Assembly: GCA_965216875.1 (NCBI GenBank)
Contig: OZ244207.1
Coordinates: forward strand, 5,344,001 to 5,408,000
Source of the DNA: Rubripirellula sp.
Lineage (GTDB): Bacteria; Planctomycetota; Planctomycetia; Pirellulales; Pirellulaceae
Reading direction: 5' to 3'
Length of the DNA stretch: 64,000 bases
The notes under the pieces are model-generated. The model was given only the letters and a program-made list of their open reading frames with translations. It had not been told where the DNA came from and did not search any database. The position numbers and the translations under genes were made by a program. Below are positions 20,178-30,982 of the stretch, one piece after another; position 1 is the first letter of the stretch, and each line of letters opens with the position of its first letter.

Positions 20178-22367
20178 ATGACGTTGTTTGACTCTGTATC
20201 GACCAGTCGCCTTGCCACCATCGTCGTTGCCTTGGCGATGTGTCTGACGGCAAACGTGACGGCCGAGATCGCAAACGCCGACGACACGGTCACCGTTGGC
20301 CTGAAAGGCCACTATCGTGTTGGCCGTTGGACCGCCGTTCGCGTTTCGACTTCTGCTGCAAACGGAACCAATGCCTCGACGATCGAAACTCGCGATGGCG
20401 ATGGCCACCGAGTTGCGTTCAACCAACCGAGCGATCTTGGCGACCAGAATTGGGGCTACGTGATCGCCGGTAGCGAAGCGGCTCCCTTGATCATTCGCGG
20501 TGAAGAGGACGTGATGGTTTCAACGCGTTTGCCCGAACTGGGGCCGCCTTCAAAGGGCCCTGCGATGATTCCATTGCACATGCCCTGGATCGTTGCCGTC
20601 GGCGATGCGCTCGGCATCGATCAAATCGGAGCGAACGAATTGCTGAACCGTGACGCGTTGTTAGCGGTCACGAAGTTGACCGACGCGAGCGACTTTCCCA
20701 CGTCACACTTGGGCTACGACGGCGTCGACATGCTGATGATCGGCGGCTCGAGCATCCCCGTCCTCGAATCGCTCAACGAAAACCAGTCGCAAGCAATTTC
20801 GAACTGGGTGCACTACGGTGGCCGCATTCTGCTAACGCTCGGTGAATCAGCCCCAAAGGTGCTCGAGTCCGCGCCGTGGATCAAGCAACACTTGCCGTTC
20901 GATCCCTCGGATACCGTCACGTACGATCCTTCGGCGTTCGAGACTTACACCTCAAGTCAGTCGCCGCTTGATCCCTACGAAGGCCTCAAGATCCCGCGCA
21001 AAGTCGGCCGGGTCCTGATCACGGGCAAGACTACGCGCCGAGTCAACACGCCGGTAGCAGCTGAATACGTCAGCGGACTCGGACGTGTCACGGTGGTCTG
21101 CGGCGACCTGGAACGTCCCATGTTCGCCGAGTGGCCAGAACGGACCGCGCTGCTGACGCGGTTGACCGGCAAAATCCTGATCCCTCGCAAGAACGAGCAA
21201 AACGAAATCTCTCGGGCAACGGCGTACAACGACCTGGCTGGGCAATTGCGTTCAACGATGGATCAGTTCCCGTCCAAACGCTCGTTTAGTTTTTCGGTAG
21301 CGTCGTTGATCTTGATGGGCTTGATCGCGTTGATCGGCCCGCTCGATTTCTTGCTCGTCAACCGGCTTGTTGGGCGACCACTGCTGGGATGGTTCTCGTT
21401 TCCCATCGCGGCAATCGGACTTTCCGCGCTGCTGGTTTCCCAAGCCCGTCCGGCAAACGGTGGCGGCGCAGCGGCCGAAGCCCTCGCACCGGTTCATTGC
21501 AACCGGATCGAGTTTGTCGACATTGATCTGAGCGCTAATACGGCACGCGGCAACACGATGACTTACGTGTACACGCATCCTGCGAACGAGCTTGGCATTC
21601 AAACCGATGCCTCCGACACCCTCGACAGCCTCTCATCAGAGGTGAGCGACTTGTTGACGGCACCCTTCGGCTATCCAGGGGACGCGTTTGGCGGAATTCA
21701 AATCGCAATCGAAGACAGCCGATTGCCTGTGTTTGACGTCGACCTGACGAAGTCCAACGAAGGTCTTCGAGCGTTCGTCAACGAGATTCCGATGGCGCCG
21801 CGCAGCAGCAAGTCGTTTGCGACGACGTTCCGATTCACTCCCGACCTACCGCCACAAACGATTGGTCAACGTCCCGGTAGTCAAATGCTACGCGGTTCGA
21901 TCACCAACCCACTTCCGGTTGACTTACTTGATGGGATGCTCGTTTATCAAAACGGCGTGTACCCGCTTCCGACGGTCTTTCGATCGGGCGACCAAATCGG
22001 TGCGATCGAAGACGAACTGCTGCAAAAGAACTTTCGTTTCCAACTCTCGAAACAAAAGGCTTTGGAAGAAACCGCGACCCAACGCGAAGACTGGAATCCA
22101 GCGCGTCGGGATTCGCTCGATCGCGTCGCCGAGATGCTGATGTTCCACGAAGCGGTCGGCGGCACCCGGTACACATCCCTACATCACGATGCATTGTCAT
22201 TCCTTGACCTGACACCGATTCTGTCGGAACAGCGGTGCATCTTGGTGGGTCGGATCGCCGAGCCCCTCACGGACCTCAATCTTGAAACCTCCGACGGGTC
22301 GACCGTAACCGACGACACCTTAACCTACGTTCGCGTCGTGCTGCCGGTGGAACCTCGCCGCCGCTGA
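20178..22367 (+). CDS. Membrane protein associated with an ABC transporter (glutamine amidotransferase-like fold predicted)
   Basis: Signal peptide, GHYRVGRWTAV, GYDGVD, GGRILL, GLGRV, two TM helices (IGPLDFLLV); directly upstream of an ABC ATPase. Confidence 0.65.
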   Translation: MTLFDSVSTSRLATIVVALAMCLTANVTAEIANADDTVTVGLKGHYRVGRWTAVRVSTSAANGTNASTIETRDGDGHRVAFNQPSDLGDQNWGYVIAGSEAAPLIIRGEEDVMVSTRLPELGPPSKGPAMIPLHMPWIVAVGDALGIDQIGANELLNRDALLAVTKLTDASDFPTSHLGYDGVDMLMIGGSSIPVLESLNENQSQAISNWVHYGGRILLTLGESAPKVLESAPWIKQHLPFDPSDTVTYDPSAFETYTSSQSPLDPYEGLKIPRKVGRVLITGKTTRRVNTPVAAEYVSGLGRVTVVCGDLERPMFAEWPERTALLTRLTGKILIPRKNEQNEISRATAYNDLAGQLRSTMDQFPSKRSFSFSVASLILMGLIALIGPLDFLLVNRLVGRPLLGWFSFPIAAIGLSALLVSQARPANGGGAAAEALAPVHCNRIEFVDIDLSANTARGNTMTYVYTHPANELGIQTDASDTLDSLSSEVSDLLTAPFGYPGDAFGGIQIAIEDSRLPVFDVDLTKSNEGLRAFVNEIPMAPRSSKSFATTFRFTPDLPPQTIGQRPGSQMLRGSITNPLPVDLLDGMLVYQNGVYPLPTVFRSGDQIGAIEDELLQKNFRFQLSKQKALEETATQREDWNPARRDSLDRVAEMLMFHEAVGGTRYTSLHHDALSFLDLTPILSEQRCILVGRIAEPLTDLNLETSDGSTVTDDTLTYVRVVLPVEPRRR

Positions 22368-22429
22368 TCAACGACGACTCACAAGAACACAGACACCTTA
22401 CAGTCAGAAACCTGCCGGACACCAAATTA

Positions 22430-23368
22430 GTGATTAAGACGGTCGACCTAACGAAAAAGTACGGTGACGCTTTCGCCATCAAGAGCATCGACTTGGACTT
22501 GCAAGCCGGTGACCTGTTCGGATTCATCGGTCCCAACGGTGCAGGCAAAACCACAACGATGCGAATCATTGCAACGTTGCTCGAACCCAGTTGGGGTGAA
22601 GCCTACGTGTGTGACCATAGCGTTCACACCGCCCCCAAAGAAATTCGGCGATTGGTCGGCTACATGCCCGACTTCTTCGGCGTCTATGACGACATGACCG
22701 TCGTCGAATACCTCGAATTCTTTGCCGCCTCTTATCGCATTGGTGGCGAAGCGAGACGCAAACGTGTCGACGAAATGCTTGACGTAGTCGACCTGGACTT
22801 CAAACGTGATGCCTTCGCCAACACGCTCTCGCGCGGCCAAACTCAGCGGCTTGGGTTGGCACGCACCCTCCTTCATGACCCGCAAGTCTTGTTGCTCGAC
22901 GAACCTCTTTCGGGACTCGACCCGCGTGCGCGTATCGAGATGCGAAACCTGCTTCGCAAGCTCGGCGAAATGGGCAAGACCATCATTGTGAGCAGCCACA
23001 TTCTTCCCGAACTTGCCGATGTCTGTAACAAGGTTGGCATCATCGACAAAGGCGAGCTGAAACAGAACGCGACCAAAGCCGAAGTCATTCGCATGGTGCG
23101 AGAGCACACCGTGCTGGTCATCCAACCTGGCGACCGCGGGAAACTGGCCGACATCCAGCGTTTGCTCGATGGGCACGACAAGGTCCAAGGTTGCGAAATG
23201 GGCGACGATGCGATGCGGGTTGTCCTAAAAAGCGAAGTCGAAGATTACAGCGACCTGCCGAAACTGTTGATCGAAAACGGTGTCAACCTGAAGCGATTCA
23301 CCGAGGAAGAACTCGACCTCGAAAGCGCCTTCATGGCGCTGACCAAGGGCACGAGCAACCGCATGTAG
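22430..23368 (+). CDS. ABC transporter ATP-binding protein
   Basis: Walker A GPNGAGKTT, signature LSRGQ, Walker B LLLDEP, SSH. Confidence 0.95.
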   Translation: MIKTVDLTKKYGDAFAIKSIDLDLQAGDLFGFIGPNGAGKTTTMRIIATLLEPSWGEAYVCDHSVHTAPKEIRRLVGYMPDFFGVYDDMTVVEYLEFFAASYRIGGEARRKRVDEMLDVVDLDFKRDAFANTLSRGQTQRLGLARTLLHDPQVLLLDEPLSGLDPRARIEMRNLLRKLGEMGKTIIVSSHILPELADVCNKVGIIDKGELKQNATKAEVIRMVREHTVLVIQPGDRGKLADIQRLLDGHDKVQGCEMGDDAMRVVLKSEVEDYSDLPKLLIENGVNLKRFTEEELDLESAFMALTKGTSNRM

Positions 23369-23416
23369 CCCCATTCTCGCCTTTCGCCGAATTCTGGGGG
23401 CAGCTCCCACTTCATC

Positions 23417-23439
23417 GGGAGGGCGAGGCTCCCGCCGAG
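23417..23439 (+). repeat. REP-like element (family C), solo copy
   Basis: GGGAGGGCGAGGCTCCCGCCGAG is the exact reverse complement of the 14497-14519 arm. Confidence 0.7.
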
Positions 23440-23625
23440 CCGCCGCGCAAATCTCCGCGGGAGCGTCGCGCTGCCAATGCGACGGCCATCAAAAGTGTTT
23501 CAATCGTCACCTCCTGACGTTTACCGTCTATTTCTGGCGAGCCCACGTTGGCCAACTATACTGGCGCGGCCGGGGGGCACTTCGAGTGCCTCTGCTTTCC
23601 TTGGTTTTCCCACCGGTCCCACCTG

Positions 23626-24669
23626 ATGCCACGTCATTGGTACGTCAAAACGCAAGACGGCATGTCCGCGCCGGTCAACTGTCGGCAGCTGTTGCTGCTT
23701 GCCGCTGACGCCAAGATCTTTCCCAACACCCACATCAGTTGCGACGGAGAGACGTGGATCAAAGCTCGGGAACTCAAAGAGCTCACCTTCCCGGACCTGG
23801 AATCGGGTGCCTGGTATCTCAAGACCAATCAAGGCAAGGCGGGTCCTTACACCTTGCAAACCTTGCAGGCACTTGTCGACTCAGGCACCATTCAACACAA
23901 CTCGGCCATTCGCAGTAACGGTCGCAAGTGGATCAAGGCAAAGCGGGTCCCCGCATTGAGCTTTCCCGACGTTGATCCTTCATCGCACGACGATGGGCAA
24001 GATCGCGGATCCATCGACGCGACCTGGGCACACCGTCGCGAAAAAGAACTCGCGAGTCGAGTGGGTCCGCTCAGTGCAAAAGATCGTGGCAACCTTCCTG
24101 CAAAGCCACGGATCGACGTTTGCGTTCATGCCCCCAGTCCCGGACGGCCATTCACGACATTGGTCACCAGTGGGATGAGCGACTGGGCGATGGATGTCCC
24201 GGTGGGCCGCCGCTCACCAAGAGCCGAGCTCGTCATGTACGTGGACCAAATGCAACGTGCCTACATCAACCTCATTCGGTCGTTGGCACAAAGCGTGCAT
24301 CAGAACAACACATGGTTTGGTTATGGCTCGACACTGACCAACGGTTCGCCGTCCCAGCCGATCTTTGCCGGTTCGAAACTTGATGCCTACACCTTCCTTG
24401 TCCCCAACGTGGAATCCGACTTCCGAATCCACGAATCGGTTCAAATCGATTCCTCGCCACTGCAATTGCTTTGGGTCGTTCCCATCACCATGGCCGAACG
24501 CGAAGTCATTCTCTCACAAGGCATGTCGGCGTTCTGTCATCTCTGCGACAACGCTGGAATGTCATTGACCCTCGATCCGTTCCGCGCCTGCGTCGTCGAG
24601 ACGGCAGAAACCAAGGCTGCCCAAACCACGACGAGCGATGCACAAACGATGCAAGCAGCTGTGCATTAG
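23626..24669 (+). CDS. Two GYF_2/DUF4339-like domains fused to a suppressor-of-fused (SUFU) domain
   Basis: WYVK...PV...WIKA and WYLK...GPYT...WIKA repeats; SUFU-like TLVTSGMSD...RAELVM...LWVVPITxAE. Confidence 0.75.
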   Translation: MPRHWYVKTQDGMSAPVNCRQLLLLAADAKIFPNTHISCDGETWIKARELKELTFPDLESGAWYLKTNQGKAGPYTLQTLQALVDSGTIQHNSAIRSNGRKWIKAKRVPALSFPDVDPSSHDDGQDRGSIDATWAHRREKELASRVGPLSAKDRGNLPAKPRIDVCVHAPSPGRPFTTLVTSGMSDWAMDVPVGRRSPRAELVMYVDQMQRAYINLIRSLAQSVHQNNTWFGYGSTLTNGSPSQPIFAGSKLDAYTFLVPNVESDFRIHESVQIDSSPLQLLWVVPITMAEREVILSQGMSAFCHLCDNAGMSLTLDPFRACVVETAETKAAQTTTSDAQTMQAAVH

Positions 24670-24727
24670 CGATCGGTTGTGATCCACGTAATCCTCAGTT
24701 CGGATTTCCTCGTGCGGTGTTAGCGAC

Positions 24728-24755
24728 AACCACGAATAACACGAATCGAACGAAT
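24728..24755 (+). repeat. Solo copy of the ACGAAT-period repeat that flanks the GxxExxY gene
   Basis: AACCACGAATAACACGAATCGAACGAAT between convergent genes; matches the arms at 37748 and 38311-38338. Confidence 0.75.
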
Positions 24756-24768
24756 GAGCCCCGCGAGA

Positions 24769-25806
24769 TCACCTGGCGTTTGATTTGGCGAGCCTCAAGA
24801 CGAACATTTCCAGTAGGAAACGATCGCGTCCTTCGGCACTATGGGTTCCCTTGAGTCGCAGGTCGGCGTCGAGCAACCACGGCAGCAATTGGCGACCTCG
24901 TTGTCGCCCAAGCCCCATCAGCTGTGACTTGGATCGGGCAAGGTCGCGGTTGAGACCAACACTGGCGAGCGCTTCATCGAGTTGTGCGCGACGACCCGAC
25001 CGTTCGCGATGCTCGACGACAGCCGTTGCCATTCCAAGCTTTCTCAGAGACCAAGCGATTTGAGGCAGCAGTGCGATCGGACGCTGGCCACCGGTCATCA
25101 ACTTGTCGAGTTGGCGAAGCGCCTCGGCCGCATCACCCGCTGCGATTGCATCGGTGATCTGCCAAACCGTCTTGCCCTGCCATCCAGCCACCACGTCGCG
25201 GACGAGATCTTCTTTGATCTTCTCACCCGGCTCGACGTAGAGAGCAAGCTTTGCGATCTCGGTATCAAGCATCCCGATGTCTTCGCCCAGCATTTCGATC
25301 AACGCGTCGGCAGCACCTGATGCCAACGCGGTTTTGTGTTGTTTCGCCAGGTAGCCCGTAAGAAACTTGCGGCGGCTGGCCGCGGTCACGCCCACTTTCG
25401 AATCAACCGCTGCACCGCAAGCAACCAATAGGTGATCTTTGTTGAGGCTCTTGTAGACGCGCGTGTTTGCCGCAAGCGAATTGAGTTCAAGCACCAACCG
25501 TGCTGCAGTTCCAGGCTTGGCAATGTACTTTTCAAGCTCGCTGCGATGATCGGACAAGAATTTGTCGGCACCGCGAATCACGATCGTTCGCATCGACCCC
25601 ATGTCAAACAACGATGCGGTCGCAAGCTCATCACGCATGTCGGACCAGCGAGCGGTGTCGCCATCAAACTCCGTCGCATCACCTTCGCCGATCAACGCTT
25701 GGATCGCCCACGAACGCAGCGTCGCATCGCTGCCGAAAACGGCAACAACGGCGGGATGGTCGCCTGGCGACTCCTGCAGGAATTCGAATGCGTGAACGAG
25801 ACTCAT
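24769..25806 (-). CDS. holA: DNA polymerase III subunit delta
   Basis: ELATASLF, LDTEIAKLALY, VWQITDAI, LLDADLRLKG; 345 aa. Confidence 0.85.
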   Translation of the reverse strand: MSLVHAFEFLQESPGDHPAVVAVFGSDATLRSWAIQALIGEGDATEFDGDTARWSDMRDELATASLFDMGSMRTIVIRGADKFLSDHRSELEKYIAKPGTAARLVLELNSLAANTRVYKSLNKDHLLVACGAAVDSKVGVTAASRRKFLTGYLAKQHKTALASGAADALIEMLGEDIGMLDTEIAKLALYVEPGEKIKEDLVRDVVAGWQGKTVWQITDAIAAGDAAEALRQLDKLMTGGQRPIALLPQIAWSLRKLGMATAVVEHRERSGRRAQLDEALASVGLNRDLARSKSQLMGLGRQRGRQLLPWLLDADLRLKGTHSAEGRDRFLLEMFVLRLAKSNAR

Positions 25807-25852
25807 GCCGAAATCGTATCAGAGACGATTGGCCGGCTCTAGCGTCCCGATT

Positions 25853-28243
25853 CTACTGGCGATCGAGTGGCTGGAAGCCGCGTATCCTCGCCCGCGGCGC
25901 AAGACCTTGCGTGTCGATCGGCCGGTCCAGAATGTAGGTTCCGACGTTACCCGATCGGTCCGTCGCATCGACCCGCAAGTACATCTGGCGGGGCAAGCCG
26001 GGGTCGGCCGGCCAAACATAAAGGCCATCGTTGGCTAAGCCGGCCGCAATCGTCGTCCACGGTCCGTCAGGTTTGTCGCTAAAGGCCAAAGCGATCGGTC
26101 GCTTTTTTAGATTGGGATCGCTGCATTCATATTGAATCACAAGCGAACCAACACGGTCGCCTTCGCCGTAGCGGGCGCCTGAGATGCGAACGCTTGGACG
26201 CGATTGATCGACCACAACAGTAATGTCAGGGGTCTCTCCCGACAGCGGTCTCGGACTTGTCAAACCGTTCCCGCCTACGACGACAATTCGAAAACCGAAC
26301 GCGCCTTCCTCTTTGGTTTCGATGTCAAACGGACTGACCTTATCTGGATCGGCGCCCCAAAAACGCCACGTCTTGCCGTCGTCAATACTGCCGTAAAGTT
26401 CGATCGCGTCGGCTCCAGCACTTCCGATCGCTTCCACCTCGTATTCGAGACTGAAACGCACCGAATCGCTAAATCGAACCGGTGCCAATGACGAGGCCGT
26501 TGAAACATCGACCGATTTACGCGCCGAATACCGGCCAGTATCGACTTCCGCCTTGGGTGTCGGAATGCTCTCGGCGTCAGCGGCATCAAGCTGTTGGGAC
26601 GAACCTGGATTGTCTTCGGCTGTGATCGGACGCATCGCCTCAGCCGCCGATTTAGGTCGTGGCTTGGCAGGCGGCTGCGCTTCGGGTTCCGGCGTCGGGA
26701 CAGGCAACGTCTCAGGAACGAGCGCGCCCGACGATTGAGATTGTGCCGCGCCCGCTTCGGGGGCAGCTTGCGTTTGCCCGCCCAGTGCTGGCCCACTCAG
26801 TGCAAACCCGTTGGTGATCTGTTCTGGCGATGCCGGCGAAGGGAGTGGATTTTGCGCGAGCCGCTGATTCTGTGCGATCGCCCGGTTCTGTGCAATTGAA
26901 GGAACGCTGAATTGCGACGATGTTGAATGCGTCGCAGGAGGCACGCCGACGATGTGGGGGCGATGGGTGTTGGCTGGAACACCACCGACTGGCAACGTCA
27001 TCCCGCCGGACGACGTGGCACTTGATGGTGCCGGGTGAGCACCCGGACGCACCATGTTGTTGGGCAGCGCCGTTGACGGAGCGGTCGGCGGTGTTTGGGT
27101 CGCGATGGTTGCCGGTGACGGACGCAACGGTGCAGCCCCCGCCTGATGATTCGATGCGTGGGTCGACGAAGGTGCGACTTGCATTGCACCGCGGTAGGCA
27201 CCCAAGGTGGTCGGCGTTCCCGATTGATAAGGGTGCCCCACCAGTTGATCTTTCGATGTTGGCTTCTGTGGCGACGATGGTTCAGCGGCTTCAGCAGGAC
27301 CTGGCTGTTTGCGATCGAGGTGAATCACCGGATCGGTCACGTGATAGGGATCGCTCCCAATCGTGTGGCCGCCCATTCGATACTGAGCCGAGTTCATCAA
27401 AGAGGATCCACCGCGGTTGGAAGCAAATCGCGATGGGACACTTTCAGCCAGCCTTGGGCGTTTGATGAGTTTCGAGACGACGGCGCGGTTCTTTGCCGAA
27501 TCGGTCGCGATCAGTTGAAGCGAAAGCTGCTCCCAACTCTCTGGTGGCGTGAAGCTGATGCGTCCGTCGGGTGGGACTTTTCCAACCGTCACTTCGCGCC
27601 ACTGGTTGACCGCATCGGTGACGTAGCGAAGCCGAAGATTCAGTGGCGTCACATCATCGATCGCCACTTGAACTTCGACGCGGCCTGAGTTGTCGGCGTC
27701 GGCATTCAAATCGACCTGCGGCTTGCCGGTGTCGACGTACACCTTCAACTGAGCCTTGATCGGACCGGCGGGATGTGGGCGTCCTTTCGCATCGATCGTG
27801 CGCGTGGCAAACCAAAACTCGCCGTCGGCGTCGCCCGTGAATCGAAATTCCTTGACCGAGGCTGCTGCGGGTTTCCCATCAAGCCGCTTCCACTCGGTGT
27901 TCGGTCCACGAGCACCAAAGAGCTGCACTTCGGTTGGGCGAGCCCCCGCCGCGTCGACGGTAAAGGGAATCGTAAAGGTGCGGGCGTTGAGAAAGAAACA
28001 ACCAGGACTCGGCGCTGGGCCTAGCTCGCGTCGGGCCGGTGGCTGGGCAGCGACCGTTTGCGGCTCAGGTGCAGGCAGGTTGGGGACGGCTGCCGAAACA
28101 GCTTCGCCTCTCAAACTCCCGCCATTGTGGATCACCCGACCGCCGGCAAGCGTGTCTTGGCCATTAGCGATTGTCGAACCGGCGACCGGCCCGGCAGCCA
28201 TCAAAAGGGCAGTCAGAAGCGACGATTTTCTGGCAGAACGCAT
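25853..28243 (-). CDS. Large secreted protein with two related beta-rich domains separated by a Pro/Ala/Ser/Thr-rich linker
   Basis: Signal peptide after MRSARK; FTIPF...DGEFWF...VYVDT and FSLEY...EGAFGF...VVVDQ repeats; low-complexity middle region. Confidence 0.65.
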   Translation of the reverse strand: MRSARKSSLLTALLMAAGPVAGSTIANGQDTLAGGRVIHNGGSLRGEAVSAAVPNLPAPEPQTVAAQPPARRELGPAPSPGCFFLNARTFTIPFTVDAAGARPTEVQLFGARGPNTEWKRLDGKPAAASVKEFRFTGDADGEFWFATRTIDAKGRPHPAGPIKAQLKVYVDTGKPQVDLNADADNSGRVEVQVAIDDVTPLNLRLRYVTDAVNQWREVTVGKVPPDGRISFTPPESWEQLSLQLIATDSAKNRAVVSKLIKRPRLAESVPSRFASNRGGSSLMNSAQYRMGGHTIGSDPYHVTDPVIHLDRKQPGPAEAAEPSSPQKPTSKDQLVGHPYQSGTPTTLGAYRGAMQVAPSSTHASNHQAGAAPLRPSPATIATQTPPTAPSTALPNNMVRPGAHPAPSSATSSGGMTLPVGGVPANTHRPHIVGVPPATHSTSSQFSVPSIAQNRAIAQNQRLAQNPLPSPASPEQITNGFALSGPALGGQTQAAPEAGAAQSQSSGALVPETLPVPTPEPEAQPPAKPRPKSAAEAMRPITAEDNPGSSQQLDAADAESIPTPKAEVDTGRYSARKSVDVSTASSLAPVRFSDSVRFSLEYEVEAIGSAGADAIELYGSIDDGKTWRFWGADPDKVSPFDIETKEEGAFGFRIVVVGGNGLTSPRPLSGETPDITVVVDQSRPSVRISGARYGEGDRVGSLVIQYECSDPNLKKRPIALAFSDKPDGPWTTIAAGLANDGLYVWPADPGLPRQMYLRVDATDRSGNVGTYILDRPIDTQGLAPRARIRGFQPLDRQ

Positions 28244-28460
28244 GCTGTCGAACCAGCCCTTTGTGTGGAGTCCATTGTCGAACCGCGGCAAACTCGTCAA
28301 GCTGCCACGTTGGGATTGCCTCTGCATGGCGGCCAAACCGGGCCGCGTGCCGACAGTCCCACTTGTTCGGCTTCGGCTCGGATGAGCCGCTTTCTTGAGA
28401 AAAACCATCGCTGAGCCCCCCGCCAGCGTGCCCATTACTACGATTGCCAGCATTCTTGAA

Positions 28461-30281
28461 ATGAGTTCCTGCCAATACCACTACGACGTCATCGTGATCG
28501 GAGCAGGTCACGCAGGCACCGAAGCCGCAGCGGCTGCGGCGCGGCTGGGGGCCAAAACAGCGCTACTGACCACCAACCTCGACACCGTTGGTCAGATGTC
28601 GTGCAACCCAGCGATCGGTGGTGTTGCCAAAGGTCAGATCGTTCGCGAAGTCGACGCGCTCGGAGGTCTGATGGGGAGGGCGATCGATGCGACCGGCATT
28701 CAGTTTCGGTTGCTCAATCGACGCAAAGGGCCTGCCATGCACAGCCCCCGCGCTCAAGCCGACAAGCGCGCTTATCAACAACACATCAAAGAACAAATCG
28801 AAGGCCAAGAGAACCTTGACCTGCGCCAAGAAACGGTCGAGGACTTGATCACCGAAGAGGTCGGCGGGACGACGCGGATTCTTGGAGTCCGTGTTCGTGG
28901 TGACGCCGAGTATTTGAGCAAGGCCGTGATCCTGACCACGGGCACGTTCCTGCAAGCGATCATGCACACCGGCGATGCCAAGGCCGCCGGGGGCAGAGCA
29001 GGGGAGGGCACGACGGCCGGGATCTCGGGTGCGTTGCATCGGCTCGGTTTTGAAATTGATCGCTTCAAGACTGGAACACCGCCACGTTTGAATGCGCGCA
29101 CGATCGACTACGACCAAGTCGAACCGCAACCAGGCGATGACACGCCGCAGCCTTTTTCGTTCATGAACGACACGCTCGCTCTCGAGCAATTGCCGTGTCA
29201 CATCACCTACACCAACGAAGCCGTCCACGATCTGATTCGCGCCAACCTGCATCGCGCGCCGATGTACAGCGGTCAAATCAATTCGCGTGGTCCACGCTAT
29301 TGTCCATCGATCGAAGACAAAGTGGTCCGGTTTGCCGACAAGACGCAGCACCAACTCTTCTTGGAACCAGAAGGACGCACGACCCAAGAGGTTTACGTCA
29401 ACGGGATTTCGACGAGCCTGCCGCGCGATGTTCAAGACCAAATGTTCCGCATGATCAAAGGTCTCGAAAAGGCGGTCATCATGCGTTACGGCTACGCCGT
29501 CGAGTACGACTTCTGTCCACCAACGCAACTCTGGCCTCACCTCGAATCGAAAAAGGTGTCCGGTCTCTTTTTGGCTGGTCAAATCAACGGAACGACCGGC
29601 TACGAAGAAGCTGCTGGTCAAGGTTTGATTGCTGGCCTTTCCGCCGCGTTGATCGTTGCTGGGAAAGAGCCGTGGGTCCCCTCGCGCGATCAAGCCTACA
29701 TCGGTGTGTTGGTCGATGACTTGGTGACTGCGGGGACGGACGAACCCTACCGGATGTTCACCAGCCGCGCCGAATATCGACTCTTGCTGCGTCAGGACAA
29801 CGCCGATCGGCGACTGACGCCCGATGCGGAACGACTTGGGTTGATCGACGCCGAGCGCCGCGATCGGTTTCACAACAAGTTGGCCGACATTGATCGCGGT
29901 TTGAAGATTTTGAAGTCGTCACGAATCGAAACCAACTCGGGTCAGCAATACCTTCGTCGCCCCGAAGTCGATTGGCAACAGATGTGCGACCTTGTTCCTG
30001 AGCTCAACGAGATTGGTCTCCAAGCAGCCGAGCAGTGTTTGTACGACACCAAGTACGAAGGCTATATCGAACGCCAAAAGATGGAAGTCGAAAAGCAGCA
30101 ACGACTCGCATCGAAACGGATTCCACCTACATTCGACTACGACGGGATCGGGCCGCTGCGAAGTGAAGCGCGCGAAAAGTTGAATCGTGTGCGACCGCTC
30201 AACCTTGATCAAGCAAAACGAATCAGTGGCATCACTCCCGCCGACCTCGCACTCGTGCTTGCGCACTTGGAATCCAAGTAA
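28461..30281 (+). CDS. mnmG: tRNA uridine-5-carboxymethylaminomethyl(34) synthesis enzyme MnmG (GidA)
   Basis: [59 protein letters not shown]. Confidence 0.98.
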   Translation: MSSCQYHYDVIVIGAGHAGTEAAAAAARLGAKTALLTTNLDTVGQMSCNPAIGGVAKGQIVREVDALGGLMGRAIDATGIQFRLLNRRKGPAMHSPRAQADKRAYQQHIKEQIEGQENLDLRQETVEDLITEEVGGTTRILGVRVRGDAEYLSKAVILTTGTFLQAIMHTGDAKAAGGRAGEGTTAGISGALHRLGFEIDRFKTGTPPRLNARTIDYDQVEPQPGDDTPQPFSFMNDTLALEQLPCHITYTNEAVHDLIRANLHRAPMYSGQINSRGPRYCPSIEDKVVRFADKTQHQLFLEPEGRTTQEVYVNGISTSLPRDVQDQMFRMIKGLEKAVIMRYGYAVEYDFCPPTQLWPHLESKKVSGLFLAGQINGTTGYEEAAGQGLIAGLSAALIVAGKEPWVPSRDQAYIGVLVDDLVTAGTDEPYRMFTSRAEYRLLLRQDNADRRLTPDAERLGLIDAERRDRFHNKLADIDRGLKILKSSRIETNSGQQYLRRPEVDWQQMCDLVPELNEIGLQAAEQCLYDTKYEGYIERQKMEVEKQQRLASKRIPPTFDYDGIGPLRSEAREKLNRVRPLNLDQAKRISGITPADLALVLAHLESK

Positions 30282-30307
30282 GAGTGCGTGGAGTTCTCCC
30301 TCGCTCC

Positions 30308-30436
30308 GTTCGTAGTCCCGCCTTTCGTTCGTAGTCCCGCCTTTAGGCGGAAGAGCCTGAAGATTCCGGCTAAAGCTCGGTACTACAAACTCCTGGCGTG
30401 AGAGAATGCCCGGCCGCTTACGCGTTCACGGCTCAC
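30308..30436. repeat. REP-like cluster: family B doublet with a partial duplication, plus a family E-like element
   Basis: GTTCGTAGTCCCGCCTTT twice, then AGGCGG...AGATTCCGGCTAAAGCTCGGTACTAC; GGCCGCTTACGCGTTCACGGCTCAC at 30412-30436. Confidence 0.75.
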
Positions 30437-30540
30437 TTGTTGAGCACGCGCCGGTATCAATCTGATCCCACCGTTTGGTGATCGATTGAATGTGAAACAA
30501 AAAAACTTCACGGCTACCCACACTTGGTTTTGCTATCACG

Positions 30541-30556
30541 CAAAGTTGCAACTTTG
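30541..30556. promoter_or_regulatory. Perfect 16-bp palindrome, candidate operator
   Basis: CAAAGTTGCAACTTTG in the long AT-richer spacer upstream of the response regulator. Confidence 0.3.
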
Positions 30557-30982
30557 TTTTTCGAGTTGTCGACGCAAACGCAATAAGTCCAATTGGTTTG
30601 GTAACTTACGGCGATTGAACCGATCTTGACCCAAGCGCACGAAACGATAGAATTCGTTATCGAGGCAAGCTTGGCAAAGCAGAGAGGCTCGGAGTTTCCT
30701 GCCACTTGCGTTCTCCGCGCAACTTAAAGCTGAAATGTGCTAGTGCGGTAGAACGGGGAGTTTGCTAAACGAGGGCTTTCGATGAGTCTGTGAACAATGC
30801 CGCGTAGGGAATTACGCAGTACACAGCAGGGAAAGTGCAAACGGTTTGGATGATGAATTCAAATCGACTGCACGAATCAGAGTCCGCTCGAACCGGCATT
30901 TTTCGCAACGGGTGTTGCGCAGTTGATTCGGGCAACAATTCACTTGGAAACGGCTAGTCATGCAGGGAGGATGGTTTCTGCC

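Noticed and set aside
30282..30982. Replication origin next to mnmG
   Set aside because: Only one imperfect DnaA-box-like 9-mer (TGTGAACAA near 30789) was seen, with no box cluster and no dnaA or parAB.
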